Origin: an uncultured Gammaproteobacteria bacterium
GTDB taxonomy: Bacteria > Patescibacteriota > Patescibacteriia > Patescibacteriales > GWC2-42-12
Assembly (NCBI GenBank): GCA_964560005.1
Contig: CAZLKB010000004.1
Coordinates: forward strand, 12,112-76,111
Reading direction: 5' to 3'
DNA length: 64,000 nucleotides
Positions within the stretch are counted from its first letter, which is position 1; each line of letters begins with the position of its first letter. Below are positions 34,430-42,780 of this stretch, piece by piece. Made by a program: the position numbers and the translations under genes. The notes under the pieces are model-generated. The model made no database searches. It worked only from the letters and a program-made list of their open reading frames with translations, and was not told where the DNA came from.

Positions 34430-35998
34430 TTCCGGTTTAACTTCCTTCCAGTCGGGCAATTTGGCGTTAATATTTACCAATATGGTAATCTCTGAATAAT
34501 AATGGTCTACATCTGTTACTTTTAACTTTACATCAAAAGATCCGGAGTTATCAAAAATAATTATCGGCGTTGAGGTCGCCTGATTATTATCATCTATACT
34601 ATTATCAAATAAAGCACCGCTGGGTAAAGTCCAAAGCCAGTCGCATTTATCTTCGTCACAAGGTACGGCAACGGTGGGTGAAGCGCCCTCATAGATACTG
34701 CTGGTATCGGTAAATTTAACCCTTTCTCCTTGGCTGGGGCTTTGTGGCGTATAAATGGCGCTAACATCGGGGAACTCATGCTTATAGGTAGTAAAAGTCA
34801 ACTGATTAAAGTCGTTGTTGTCCGTATCTGAGCTAGTATCGTACTGCATCAGCGCCGAAGCTTCATTATTATTATCCCAAACCTGAACCCACCAGTAATA
34901 AGCAGTGCTATAGGTTAAGTTATAATAAGGCATCTCGGTAACAGGATTCCAGTTATAGGTCTGGGAATTAGATAGCCGAAATTGATCGACGCCCAGACTC
35001 ATTTTGCACATAGCTGGATCACATGATCCTATCGGCTCGCAGGTATTCGGGCCAAGGCATTTGCCCGAATCAAACATCGGATTATCGGTAGAGTCGCTAG
35101 TGTTAACGATTATTCTATAAGCGTATTCTTCCGCACCCTGATCAGAATCATTAAAAGTCCAGCCAAGTCTAGCATTAAGAGCGCCATACTGGCTGGCACT
35201 GGAAAAATCCCAATTAGGCGCTGTCATGTTGGTTACCGCGGGCGCACTGTTAATATTGGCGACAACCTTATAATCCGAGGTACCGCCCGGAGCGCCGCAT
35301 GTATTTATGTCATCCGGAGGTAAAGTGCCGTCGCTTGAGTGATCGCAATTAAAGCTTATCCAGCCGATGCCTGAACCGTCGTCATTGGCATTCCAGGCCC
35401 AACCGCTAAAATCACCGGTTGCCGGATCAATTGAAACCCCGGGATTATTGCCGTTAAATTTTATCCAGCCATTATTACCCAGCGATAAAATCTTTGCCCA
35501 GCCCGTAACAGCATAAGTGGCATTGTCATAATGCGCCCAAATTTTTGGATCATCGGGCGCATCATTCGCCTGAGTTAAACCATAAGTTGGCAAATCAGCG
35601 TCTGGCCCAAAATAAATCCAGCCCACAATGGAGCTCCAGGCATAACCGGAAAAATTGCCCAAAGTTGCACCTGCATTTATATCTATTTTGACGCCATAAT
35701 CGTCCACCGCGCCTGAAGCCGGGCAGTCAACCGGCGCCGGCGTACTACCACCGCCTTCGTTGGCTCCTTCATACATTAAATCTCCGTCAATATCGCAATC
35801 GGTTGAATTAAAACTAATCCAGCCGATATTGGAACTCCAGGCGAACCCGGTGACATTATCATCCGCGCCGGCTCTAACAATTTTTACATTTTGCTTTAAA
35901 CCAAATTCGTAATAAACAACGGCCGAACTTAAGCCAAGGGCAATAAAAAACAATGAGGTCGCGATTAACCAAGTCTTTGGCTTAAAATAATCTTTCAT
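34427..35998 (-). CDS. Membrane-anchored secreted protein with four G(F/Y/W)AW..GWI.F repeats and a C-terminal PKD-like domain (candidate pilus-associated adhesin)
   Basis: 523 aa with an N-terminal TM helix. The repeats are GFAWSSNIGWISFN, GYAWSSIVGWIYFG, GWAKILSLGNNGWIKFN and GWAWNANDDGSGIGWISFN. The C-terminus reads SGSFDVKLKVTDVDHYYSEITILVNI. Confidence 0.6.
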   Translation of the reverse strand: MKDYFKPKTWLIATSLFFIALGLSSAVVYYEFGLKQNVKIVRAGADDNVTGFAWSSNIGWISFNSTDCDIDGDLMYEGANEGGGSTPAPVDCPASGAVDDYGVKIDINAGATLGNFSGYAWSSIVGWIYFGPDADLPTYGLTQANDAPDDPKIWAHYDNATYAVTGWAKILSLGNNGWIKFNGNNPGVSIDPATGDFSGWAWNANDDGSGIGWISFNCDHSSDGTLPPDDINTCGAPGGTSDYKVVANINSAPAVTNMTAPNWDFSSASQYGALNARLGWTFNDSDQGAEEYAYRIIVNTSDSTDNPMFDSGKCLGPNTCEPIGSCDPAMCKMSLGVDQFRLSNSQTYNWNPVTEMPYYNLTYSTAYYWWVQVWDNNNEASALMQYDTSSDTDNNDFNQLTFTTYKHEFPDVSAIYTPQSPSQGERVKFTDTSSIYEGASPTVAVPCDEDKCDWLWTLPSGALFDNSIDDNNQATSTPIIIFDNSGSFDVKLKVTDVDHYYSEITILVNINAKLPDWKEVKPE

Positions 35999-36027
35999 AA
36001 CTATATGGATTATACTTTTAATCTCCC

Positions 36028-36127
36028 GGTCTTGGCTAAATTTATTTATTTTTGAAGCGAGGAATGACCGGCCGGCACATAATGAATTTGATCCGCAGCT
36101 AAAAAATAAATAAATTTAGCCAAGACC
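36028..36127. repeat. 100-nt hairpin with a perfect 26-bp stem between pilD and the adhesin-like gene
   Basis: GGTCTTGGCTAAATTTATTTATTTTT (36028-36053) is the exact reverse complement of 36102-36127. The 48-nt loop contains GACCGGCCGGC. Confidence 0.9.
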
Positions 36128-36153
36128 TGATTAGCTGACTGACTATTATATAT

Positions 36154-37020
36154 TTAAAGCAAACCAAAATACCAATCTAATATCCGCGTGTGCCAAAATA
36201 GGCTGATTATCGTGCCGGCCGCTAAAAAAACTCCCAAAGGAACTTCCGAACCCCATTTCTTCTTACCGGTTAAAATTAAGCCCACGCCGACTACGGAACC
36301 GATAAAATATGAAATGATAATCGCGAGTATTACCACCGGCCAACCCAGCGCTAATCCCATGAGCAGTCCCAGCCGGATATCTCCCCCGCCGATCCATTTA
36401 CCTTGAGAAATCAGGAACTGAATTAAGAAAAAACCACCTCCTATTATACCAGAAATTAAGAGATTCCACAAACTAAAACCCAACAATAAATTCATGGCTA
36501 AAACCGCCAAACAAGCAGGTATTGTTACCTTATCCAAAATCTCATACCAGCGCAGATCATAGATAAAAACCACTATCATCACGGAAATTATGAACCAGTC
36601 TCGGAATAATTGAATTATTGATTTTGAATTTTGAATTTTGATTGAATCATTAATAATTAAATAATTAAATATTGATTCAAAATTAAAAATTCTAAATTCA
36701 AAATTTTGCATAAATGCTACGACAAATAATAAGCCCGTTATTAGTTCCACCGTCGGGTACTGCCAGGAAATCGGCTGCCTACAATGCCGGCACTTGCCTT
36801 TAAGCAGAATAAAACTCAAAACCGGTATATTATCATACCAATTGATTTGTTTCTTGCACTTCGGGCAATAAGAGCGATTCATCAGGCTTTCTTTCTGATG
36901 CAAACGCCAAATTAAACAATTTAAAAACGAGCCGATGATTAGGCCGAAAACAAAAACAAACATTAAGATTATTGGCACAGGCATAAATTTTCCGCAATTA
37001 AGCACCGGCTTATAGTTCAA
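36154..37020 (-). CDS. pilD: Prepilin peptidase PilD (A24 family) with an N-terminal Zn-ribbon domain
   Basis: CPKCKKQINWYDNIPVLSFILLKGKCRHCRQPISWQYPTVEL, plus the A24 Asp motifs IYDLRW and GGGDIRL. The likely start is M13 (ATG 36982-36984). Confidence 0.85.
   Translation of the reverse strand: MNYKPVLNCGKFMPVPIILMFVFVFGLIIGSFLNCLIWRLHQKESLMNRSYCPKCKKQINWYDNIPVLSFILLKGKCRHCRQPISWQYPTVELITGLLFVVAFMQNFEFRIFNFESIFNYLIINDSIKIQNSKSIIQLFRDWFIISVMIVVFIYDLRWYEILDKVTIPACLAVLAMNLLLGFSLWNLLISGIIGGGFFLIQFLISQGKWIGGGDIRLGLLMGLALGWPVVILAIIISYFIGSVVGVGLILTGKKKWGSEVPLGVFLAAGTIISLFWHTRILDWYFGLL
36610..36709. repeat. AT-word palindromic element lying in frame inside pilD
   Basis: The DNA GATTTTGAATTTTGAATTTTGATTGAATCATTAATAATTAAATAATTAAATATTGATTCAAAATTAAAAATTCTAAATTCAAAATTTTGC is an imperfect palindrome. 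It encodes QNFEFRIFNFESIFNYLIINDSIKIQNSKSII. Confidence 0.7.
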
Positions 37021-37099
37021 ACTCTATTTTAAAATTATGATAACAGTCTATGGTTAAATCTTACCATTTAAAAATTTTCATTTCAACTTAATAATAATA

Positions 37100-37127
37100 C
37101 AAAAGCACCCCTTTCTGAGGTGCTTTG
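37100..37127 (-). terminator. Terminator after ftsZ
   Basis: AGCACC (37104-37109) pairs with GGTGCT (37119-37124), followed on the minus strand by TTTTG. Confidence 0.55.
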
Positions 37128-37178
37128 GCTTAGATCAAAAATTTAAAATTTGTTTAATTCGCTTTTCATTCGCAATGT

Positions 37179-38354
37179 CTACATCATCTTCTTCCTAATA
37201 AACGCCGGAATGCCCAGCTCGTCGTCCGTTTCCGCTTCCATTCCTTTTTTTTGCGCCGGTTCGGCTTGAGCTTGCTTTAAAGGAGAAGTCTTGCTCTTCT
37301 TTTTTATTTGCTCTTTCTTGTCTTTATCTTCTTCGGAAGCGATATAAGGATTGGGAGTATAGACTCTTTCGGCCGTCATAGCATCGCTTAAGCCTACGCG
37401 GCGGCCGTCAAAACCGGTGGCCACGACCGTTACCTTAATCTCGTCTTTGTATTTATCGTCAATCACCGCGCCGAAAATAATCTTAGCGTCCTCATCGGAC
37501 GAAGAGGTTATCACTTTGGCCGCTTCATTCACCTCATGCATGGTCAAATTAGGGCCGCCGACTATGGTAAAGAGCACGCCGCGCGCTCCTTCAATGGACA
37601 TCTCCAGGAGCGGCGAACTAATCGCCGCTTTAGCCGCTTCAATCGCTTTATTTTCTCCCGAGGCCTGGCCTATGCCCATTAAGGCCGAGCCGGCATTAGC
37701 CATGACCGCTTTAACATCGGCAAAATCAACATTGATGAGCGCCGGAATAGTAATAATTTCCGAAATACCCTGAACGCCCTGCCTTAAAACTTCGTCTACT
37801 ACTATAAAAGCGTCCAACAGCGTAGTTTTTTTATCAATCACTTGCAGTAATTTATCGTTGGGAATCGTGATAATCGCGTCAACCTTGTCGGCCAGTTCGG
37901 ACAGCCCCCGCTCCGCGATATTTTTTCTTTGCGCGCCCTCAAAAGCGAACGGTTTGGTTACCACGGCTACGGTTAGAGCGCCCAAATCCCTGGCGATCTC
38001 GGCCACGATCGGCGAAGCACCCGTGCCCGTTCCGCCGCCCAGACCGCAAGTAATAAAAACCATATCAACATCTTTTAAGATATCCCTGATTTCGTTTTGC
38101 GCTTCTTCGGCCGAACGCTTGCCCAATTCCGGATTCATGCCGGCTCCCAGTCCGCGAGTAATGGTTTTTCCGATATGTATCTTCTTTGAAGCTTTGTTGG
38201 CATGAAGAGCCTGCACATCGGTATTAACCGCGATAAACTCTACCCCCCTAATGCCGCAATCAATCATGCGGTTAACCGCGCTGCCGCCGGATCCGCCCAC
38301 GCCGATGACTTTTATTTTGGCAAATGTTTCAACCAACGGTTTTACTTCAGCCAT
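37179..38354 (-). CDS. ftsZ: Cell division GTPase FtsZ
   Basis: 391 aa with tubulin signature GGGTGTGASP, the block NTDVQAL, and a C-terminal peptide DDELGIPAFIRKK. Confidence 0.97.
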   Translation of the reverse strand: MAEVKPLVETFAKIKVIGVGGSGGSAVNRMIDCGIRGVEFIAVNTDVQALHANKASKKIHIGKTITRGLGAGMNPELGKRSAEEAQNEIRDILKDVDMVFITCGLGGGTGTGASPIVAEIARDLGALTVAVVTKPFAFEGAQRKNIAERGLSELADKVDAIITIPNDKLLQVIDKKTTLLDAFIVVDEVLRQGVQGISEIITIPALINVDFADVKAVMANAGSALMGIGQASGENKAIEAAKAAISSPLLEMSIEGARGVLFTIVGGPNLTMHEVNEAAKVITSSSDEDAKIIFGAVIDDKYKDEIKVTVVATGFDGRRVGLSDAMTAERVYTPNPYIASEEDKDKKEQIKKKSKTSPLKQAQAEPAQKKGMEAETDDELGIPAFIRKKMM

Positions 38355-38551
38355 ATGAGTATTTTTACCCCTTTAATAACGGGGGTTAGGGGAATTTAAA
38401 ACTTCGCAAATATCTACCTCTATAATATAATAATTGTTAAAATATAGCAAGAGTCATTTTCCACAGGCTATTTCTGACATCTTCCCACGACTGTATAAAA
38501 GTTTTATACACCTTGCATGTGCCCCTCTTTAACAAAGCGGCCTAAGAATTT

Positions 38552-39817
38552 TCACGGTATCAATGAACTAAACCATTGTTTAACTTTTTCTATAGTCTTG
38601 CCGGCCATACCGCTCACCTGGCGATTTAATTTTGATCCCTTTTTATTGCCGGATAATTGGTTGCCCCAAGCTACTAGGCCTAAGGCTGTCAAATAATTGA
38701 CATCATTAACTTTATCAATGGCCAGCGGTACATTCTTGTTAGCGCCCAGGCTGGCGGGCAAGCGCAATCTTTTTTTAGCGGTTTCAACTATATCGGTTAA
38801 GTTAGCGCCGCCGCCGATTAAAAATACTCCGGCCGGCAGCATCCCTGAACGGTCTATTTTTTTCAATTCATCGTCAATTTTGTCAAAAATTTCTTCAACC
38901 CTGGCTTCAATAATTTCCGCCACATATTTCCGAGAAATCACCATCTTTTCGTCTTGGCTGTTTTCTTCTTTAGCCAGGTCGCTTACATCAATCTCGTCTT
39001 TTTTAGTATATTTTTCTCCATCGGAAGTGCCATATTCCAGTTTTATTCTTTCCGCCAAATTGATCGGGCACCTAAGGCCGATGGCGACATCGGCCGTGAT
39101 GTGCTCCGAACCGATCGGGATAACCGCCGCGTGCAGCAATTCGCCCTCTTCAAAAACAGCTAGGCTGGTGGTGGTGGCGCCGATATTGATTAAAGCCGCG
39201 CCCAATTCTTTCTGCTTGTCGGACATAACCACTTCGGCCGCCGCCAGGGGCGACAGAACCAAATCATTGATTTCCAGGCCGGTGCGATAAATCGCCTTGG
39301 TCAAATTTTTTATCTGGGTGGAAAATCCTTGGATAATTAAAGCTTCAACTTCAAGCCTGACTCCGGTCATGCCGATCGGATCTTTTATATCCGCCTGATT
39401 ATCCACGCTGAATTTAACCGGTATAACATGAAGGATTTCATAATTCGGCGGCACCGATAAAGCCTGAGCGGCTTCAACCACCCGATTTACATCATCCTCG
39501 GTGACTTCGTTATCGCTCCTACCGACGGCTACCACGCCATGGCTTTTTTCGCATTTTAAATTCGGCCCATTTATCCCTACCCAGACATTGCTGGCGGGCA
39601 GGCCGATCAGCCGTTCGGCTTTTTCTAAGCAAGCCGAAATCGCCGATGTAGCGTCTTCAATGGAATTAACCGCGCCTCGGCTTATGCCTTGGGCCGGTAC
39701 GGTGACCGCGCCCAGAATTTGCAATTGTTCTCCGGATTCATTTTCTTTTCTCTGGCCTACCACCAGCCTAATGGCCGTAGAGCCGATGTCCAGTCCGGCA
39801 ATAATATTATCTTTCAT
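38552..39817 (-). CDS. ftsA: Cell division protein FtsA
   Basis: 421 aa of the actin-like ATPase fold, with blocks GLDIGSTAIRLVVG, INIGATTTSLAVF and VFLIGGGANL. Confidence 0.92.
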   Translation of the reverse strand: MKDNIIAGLDIGSTAIRLVVGQRKENESGEQLQILGAVTVPAQGISRGAVNSIEDATSAISACLEKAERLIGLPASNVWVGINGPNLKCEKSHGVVAVGRSDNEVTEDDVNRVVEAAQALSVPPNYEILHVIPVKFSVDNQADIKDPIGMTGVRLEVEALIIQGFSTQIKNLTKAIYRTGLEINDLVLSPLAAAEVVMSDKQKELGAALINIGATTTSLAVFEEGELLHAAVIPIGSEHITADVAIGLRCPINLAERIKLEYGTSDGEKYTKKDEIDVSDLAKEENSQDEKMVISRKYVAEIIEARVEEIFDKIDDELKKIDRSGMLPAGVFLIGGGANLTDIVETAKKRLRLPASLGANKNVPLAIDKVNDVNYLTALGLVAWGNQLSGNKKGSKLNRQVSGMAGKTIEKVKQWFSSLIP

Positions 39818-39907
39818 AAAAAAGCTAATTAACAGCGAATCAATAAATTTAAAATTCGCTTATTCGTTCGCTTTAAATTCGTATTTACATTATACTAAAA
39901 AATCAAA

Positions 39908-40279
39908 TTAATGTCCAAACATCTCTACCAAGTGCGGCAAAAATATTATAGCTCCGACCGCTAAGGCGGCCAGCGATGATAATAAAACCGCCGCCGCCAT
40001 AATATCTTTTATTTCCTTAACATAACTGTTGATTCTAGGCTTTAAAACATCGGTGATTCTTTCAACCGCGCTATTGGTTATTTCCGTGATTAAAACCAAG
40101 CCGATCACTAAAAAAAGTAAAGTCCAATTATAAGCATTAATTCTAAAATAAATCCCTAAAATTATGGTAATCAAGCTTAAAATAGATTGGATTTTTAAAT
40201 TTTGCTCTTCGCGAAAGACTTTCGTTAATCCTTTTACGGCATAACCGAAGCTTCTTAATAATCGACCGAGTCGTATCAT
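39908..40279 (-). CDS. dgkA: Diacylglycerol/undecaprenol kinase DgkA family
   Basis: 123 aa with 3 TM helices and the motif TEITNSAVERITD. Confidence 0.85.
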   Translation of the reverse strand: MIRLGRLLRSFGYAVKGLTKVFREEQNLKIQSILSLITIILGIYFRINAYNWTLLFLVIGLVLITEITNSAVERITDVLKPRINSYVKEIKDIMAAAVLLSSLAALAVGAIIFLPHLVEMFGH

Positions 40280-40346
40280 AAATCAGTTGAAAGTGAAAAG
40301 TCATAAAGTTATAAAGTTAAAGCTTAAATTTAAAACTTTTAACTTT

Positions 40347-40760
40347 TTACTTTACAACTTTAAACTTATTAATAAACTCCTCGCCCAGATTAATCATCTT
40401 TAATCTATCCGCTTCATTGGCATCATCATGCCCTAAAAGATGCAATAATCCATGGACTAAAATAAAAACCAACTCCTCTTCCGCGCTATTGCCGAATCGC
40501 CCGGCCTGCCTTTTAATCTGCCGGTAATCTATCACTAACTCGCCTAAAAAATCAGCCTCTCCTATAAAGGTTAAAACATCGGTCGGCTTATTAATGCGGC
40601 GATAAATTTTATTTAATTTCTTAATTTCAGAGTCGCCGACGAAAGCCAGGGAAACTTCTTTTTGCCTGATCTTATAGGCTTGCGCGAATTCAGCAACCAC
40701 CCGTTTAACTAAATTTATATTAATTTTACTTTTCGTCCGATTATTTATTTCAATCAACAT
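40347..40760 (-). CDS. ybeY: rRNA maturation endoribonuclease YbeY
   Basis: 137 aa with the metal-binding motif HGLLHLLGHDD. Confidence 0.9.
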   Translation of the reverse strand: MLIEINNRTKSKININLVKRVVAEFAQAYKIRQKEVSLAFVGDSEIKKLNKIYRRINKPTDVLTFIGEADFLGELVIDYRQIKRQAGRFGNSAEEELVFILVHGLLHLLGHDDANEADRLKMINLGEEFINKFKVVK

Positions 40761-40774
40761 ACCTTTCTTGCAGG

Positions 40775-40860
40775 GTTTACCCTGTTAAATAATTTTGCCT
40801 ACGGCCTGCCTGTCCGGTAGGCAGGCAAAATTAGAGCGAAGCGCTATTTGACAGGGTAAA
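40775..40860. repeat. Composite palindrome (TTTACCCTGTTAAATAA arms around the CCTGCCT..AGGCAGG hairpin)
   Basis: GTTTACCCTGTTAAATAATTTTGCC (from 40775) roughly matches the reverse complement of GGCAAAATTAGAGCGAAGCGCTATTTGACAGGGTAAA (to 40860). The core hairpin lies at 40805-40825. Confidence 0.65.
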
Positions 40861-41904
40861 GGACTTAATCATCATGTTAAAAATATCAATATAATCTAAA
40901 ATATTGTTCTCGCCCGGATTATAAGCCAAAGTAAAAACATAGTCTTGATTTAAATCCATTAAATATAAAGTCAGGCCGTCCAGATTTTTTATCCCCTGCC
41001 AATCAGGCGCGCTCAATCGGTCAGCCTCGTTGATTTCAGTTACGGCCAGTTGATCCATATACCATTGATCCAACGGCTGTTGAGTCGGGTTAGCCTGAAC
41101 AATGATCTGTAAAAATTGATTGTCGCCGCTTTGGAACATGATTGAATCGTCGCCGCCATTTACGCTCATCTGCCAATCTTTAAGATAAAGCAAGCTATAA
41201 TTAAAGGTTTGATTTTGATATAACGCTATATTCGGGTTGTCGATTAATTTAGCGGTGCTGGCCGGATCGTATAAATTCAACAATTCGGCGCCATCCGGAT
41301 AACTATCGCCATCCGTATCCGGGGTTGAAGTTGAAGTGGCCAATAAAATTTCTTCCGCGTCAGACAGGCCGTCTAAGTCGCTATCAAGCGAAGGGATTAG
41401 GCCGATAGGTAATTCTTGCTCAATGATTTCCTGGGTGCTAGTGGCGGTGGAAGTGGCTAAGCCATCGTCAGTCGGCAAGATAGGCGGCTCAATATCCGTC
41501 AGAGTTGAAGTCTCCGCGTCATCCGAGCCTTGATTGATTTCCGGTTGAACCTCCTCGGTGGTGTCGGGCTGGCTGACTTCCGCCACCGGCTGTTCCTGAT
41601 TAACGGAAACGGCCGGTTGTTTAAACAGATAAAAATATAATAGCGCCGAAGCTAATAATAAAAATACCACGCCGCCGCCGATAATTATCATACCGGTAGT
41701 CTTGGCGCTCTGGTTATTTACCGAGGCGTGGCGGAACCGTTCCGGCATGGTATGAATAACGATGTTGTCAATTTGAATCGGCTGTTCCACTACCGGCTGA
41801 GGTGTTAAGCCTTCAAGGTCGGACGGCTGGGTTGTTTTTTTCTTAAAAAAACTTAGAGGATTAAGCATAGTATTAATTTTCAAATCCCTATTTTCAATTT
41901 TCAA
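40831..41904 (-). CDS. Single-pass membrane protein with thrombospondin-type-3-like DxDxDG repeats
   Basis: It has a TM helix, an acidic linker, the repeats DSDLDGLSDAEE and DTDGDSYPDGAE, and a C-terminal domain. The first 12 codons are repeat words, so the likely start is M13 (ATG 41866-41868). Confidence 0.6.
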   Translation of the reverse strand: MKIENRDLKINTMLNPLSFFKKKTTQPSDLEGLTPQPVVEQPIQIDNIVIHTMPERFRHASVNNQSAKTTGMIIIGGGVVFLLLASALLYFYLFKQPAVSVNQEQPVAEVSQPDTTEEVQPEINQGSDDAETSTLTDIEPPILPTDDGLATSTATSTQEIIEQELPIGLIPSLDSDLDGLSDAEEILLATSTSTPDTDGDSYPDGAELLNLYDPASTAKLIDNPNIALYQNQTFNYSLLYLKDWQMSVNGGDDSIMFQSGDNQFLQIIVQANPTQQPLDQWYMDQLAVTEINEADRLSAPDWQGIKNLDGLTLYLMDLNQDYVFTLAYNPGENNILDYIDIFNMMIKSFTLSNSASL

Positions 41905-42014
41905 ACAATAACCAATGAATTAATGACTTAATTTTCAAACAAGGATGATTATGCTTTGAAAATTTAGACATTGAAAATTTATTGAAAATTGAAGCTTGAA
42001 AATTGAAAATTAAT
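41888..42014. repeat. AT-word palindromic spacer (family B)
   Basis: CTATTTTCAATTTTCAAACAAT (from 41888) faces TTGAAAATTTATTGAAAATTGAAGCTTGAAAATTGAAAATTAAT (to 42014). Confidence 0.6.
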
Positions 42015-42045
42015 ATAATTTATTTCTAAAAAAGTCCATGCGTTA

Positions 42046-42741
42046 TTATTTTATTTCCAGTAATTTCCCCGGTCCTAGAGGATTATAGCCCTGCGTAACT
42101 TCGGCGCCATCCTGATAGCCGTCGCCGTCGGTGTCCGCGCTCAAAGCATCGGTTTTATAAACCTTGGCCTCTTCCCGGTCGGTTAAGCCGTCATTGTCCG
42201 TGTCCGGATTATAAGAATCCGTACCTAAATCGGCCTCTTCCCGGTCGGTTAAACCGTCTTGATCGCTGTCCGGCGAAGGCTCCTCCACTACCGGCTGAAT
42301 CGGCTCAATTATATTATCAGCCTCCTCCACTTCTTCGCCGGCCGAGGTAATCTCTGAAATTTCTTGAGCATCGGGCTGTTCTTGAATAAACGAATTATTA
42401 ACCGCCTGGTTGCTCTTAACCGCCAGCTTTAAACCCACATAGCCTCCGGCCACAATTATTATTAGGCCGCCGAATAATAGGCCAAAAATCATAATTTTAT
42501 TGCTTTTCCAGCCGGTTGCCGGCGGCAAGACGGTACCGCGCGGCGGAATGTTATCCTGTCCGGGCCTGAAAACTTCGGGCTTAACGCTCTTATCCACTTC
42601 GGCGAAAATATCTTCTGTTCTCGCCGAGGGGACCGGCGCGGTTGACGCGGCTGGCGCCGGCGCAACCGGCCTATACGACGGGCCGAGCGGCTTGGTATCG
42701 GCCGTAGGCGCGGCGTTGTTGTTGTCTAGTTGGTCAAACAT
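42046..42741 (-). CDS. Single-pass membrane protein with three thrombospondin-type-3-like repeats
   Basis: 231 aa with a Pro/Ala-rich N-terminus and a TM helix. The repeats are DSDQDGLTDREE, DTDNDGLTDREE and DTDGDGYQDGAE. Confidence 0.65.
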   Translation of the reverse strand: MFDQLDNNNAAPTADTKPLGPSYRPVAPAPAASTAPVPSARTEDIFAEVDKSVKPEVFRPGQDNIPPRGTVLPPATGWKSNKIMIFGLLFGGLIIIVAGGYVGLKLAVKSNQAVNNSFIQEQPDAQEISEITSAGEEVEEADNIIEPIQPVVEEPSPDSDQDGLTDREEADLGTDSYNPDTDNDGLTDREEAKVYKTDALSADTDGDGYQDGAEVTQGYNPLGPGKLLEIK

Positions 42742-42780
42742 AATTTTAATTTATATTTATAATTAAGGTTATTTAATTAT

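Noticed and set aside
38697-39290. Long antisense ORFs inside strong genes (197 aa here; also 47599..48192, 52578..53075, 46034..46456, 20479..20847, 37417..37773 and 8329..8679)
   Set aside because: Each lies opposite a gene with clear family motifs. The translations are low-complexity Ser/Ala/Pro-rich or repeat-derived. They are typical shadow ORFs.
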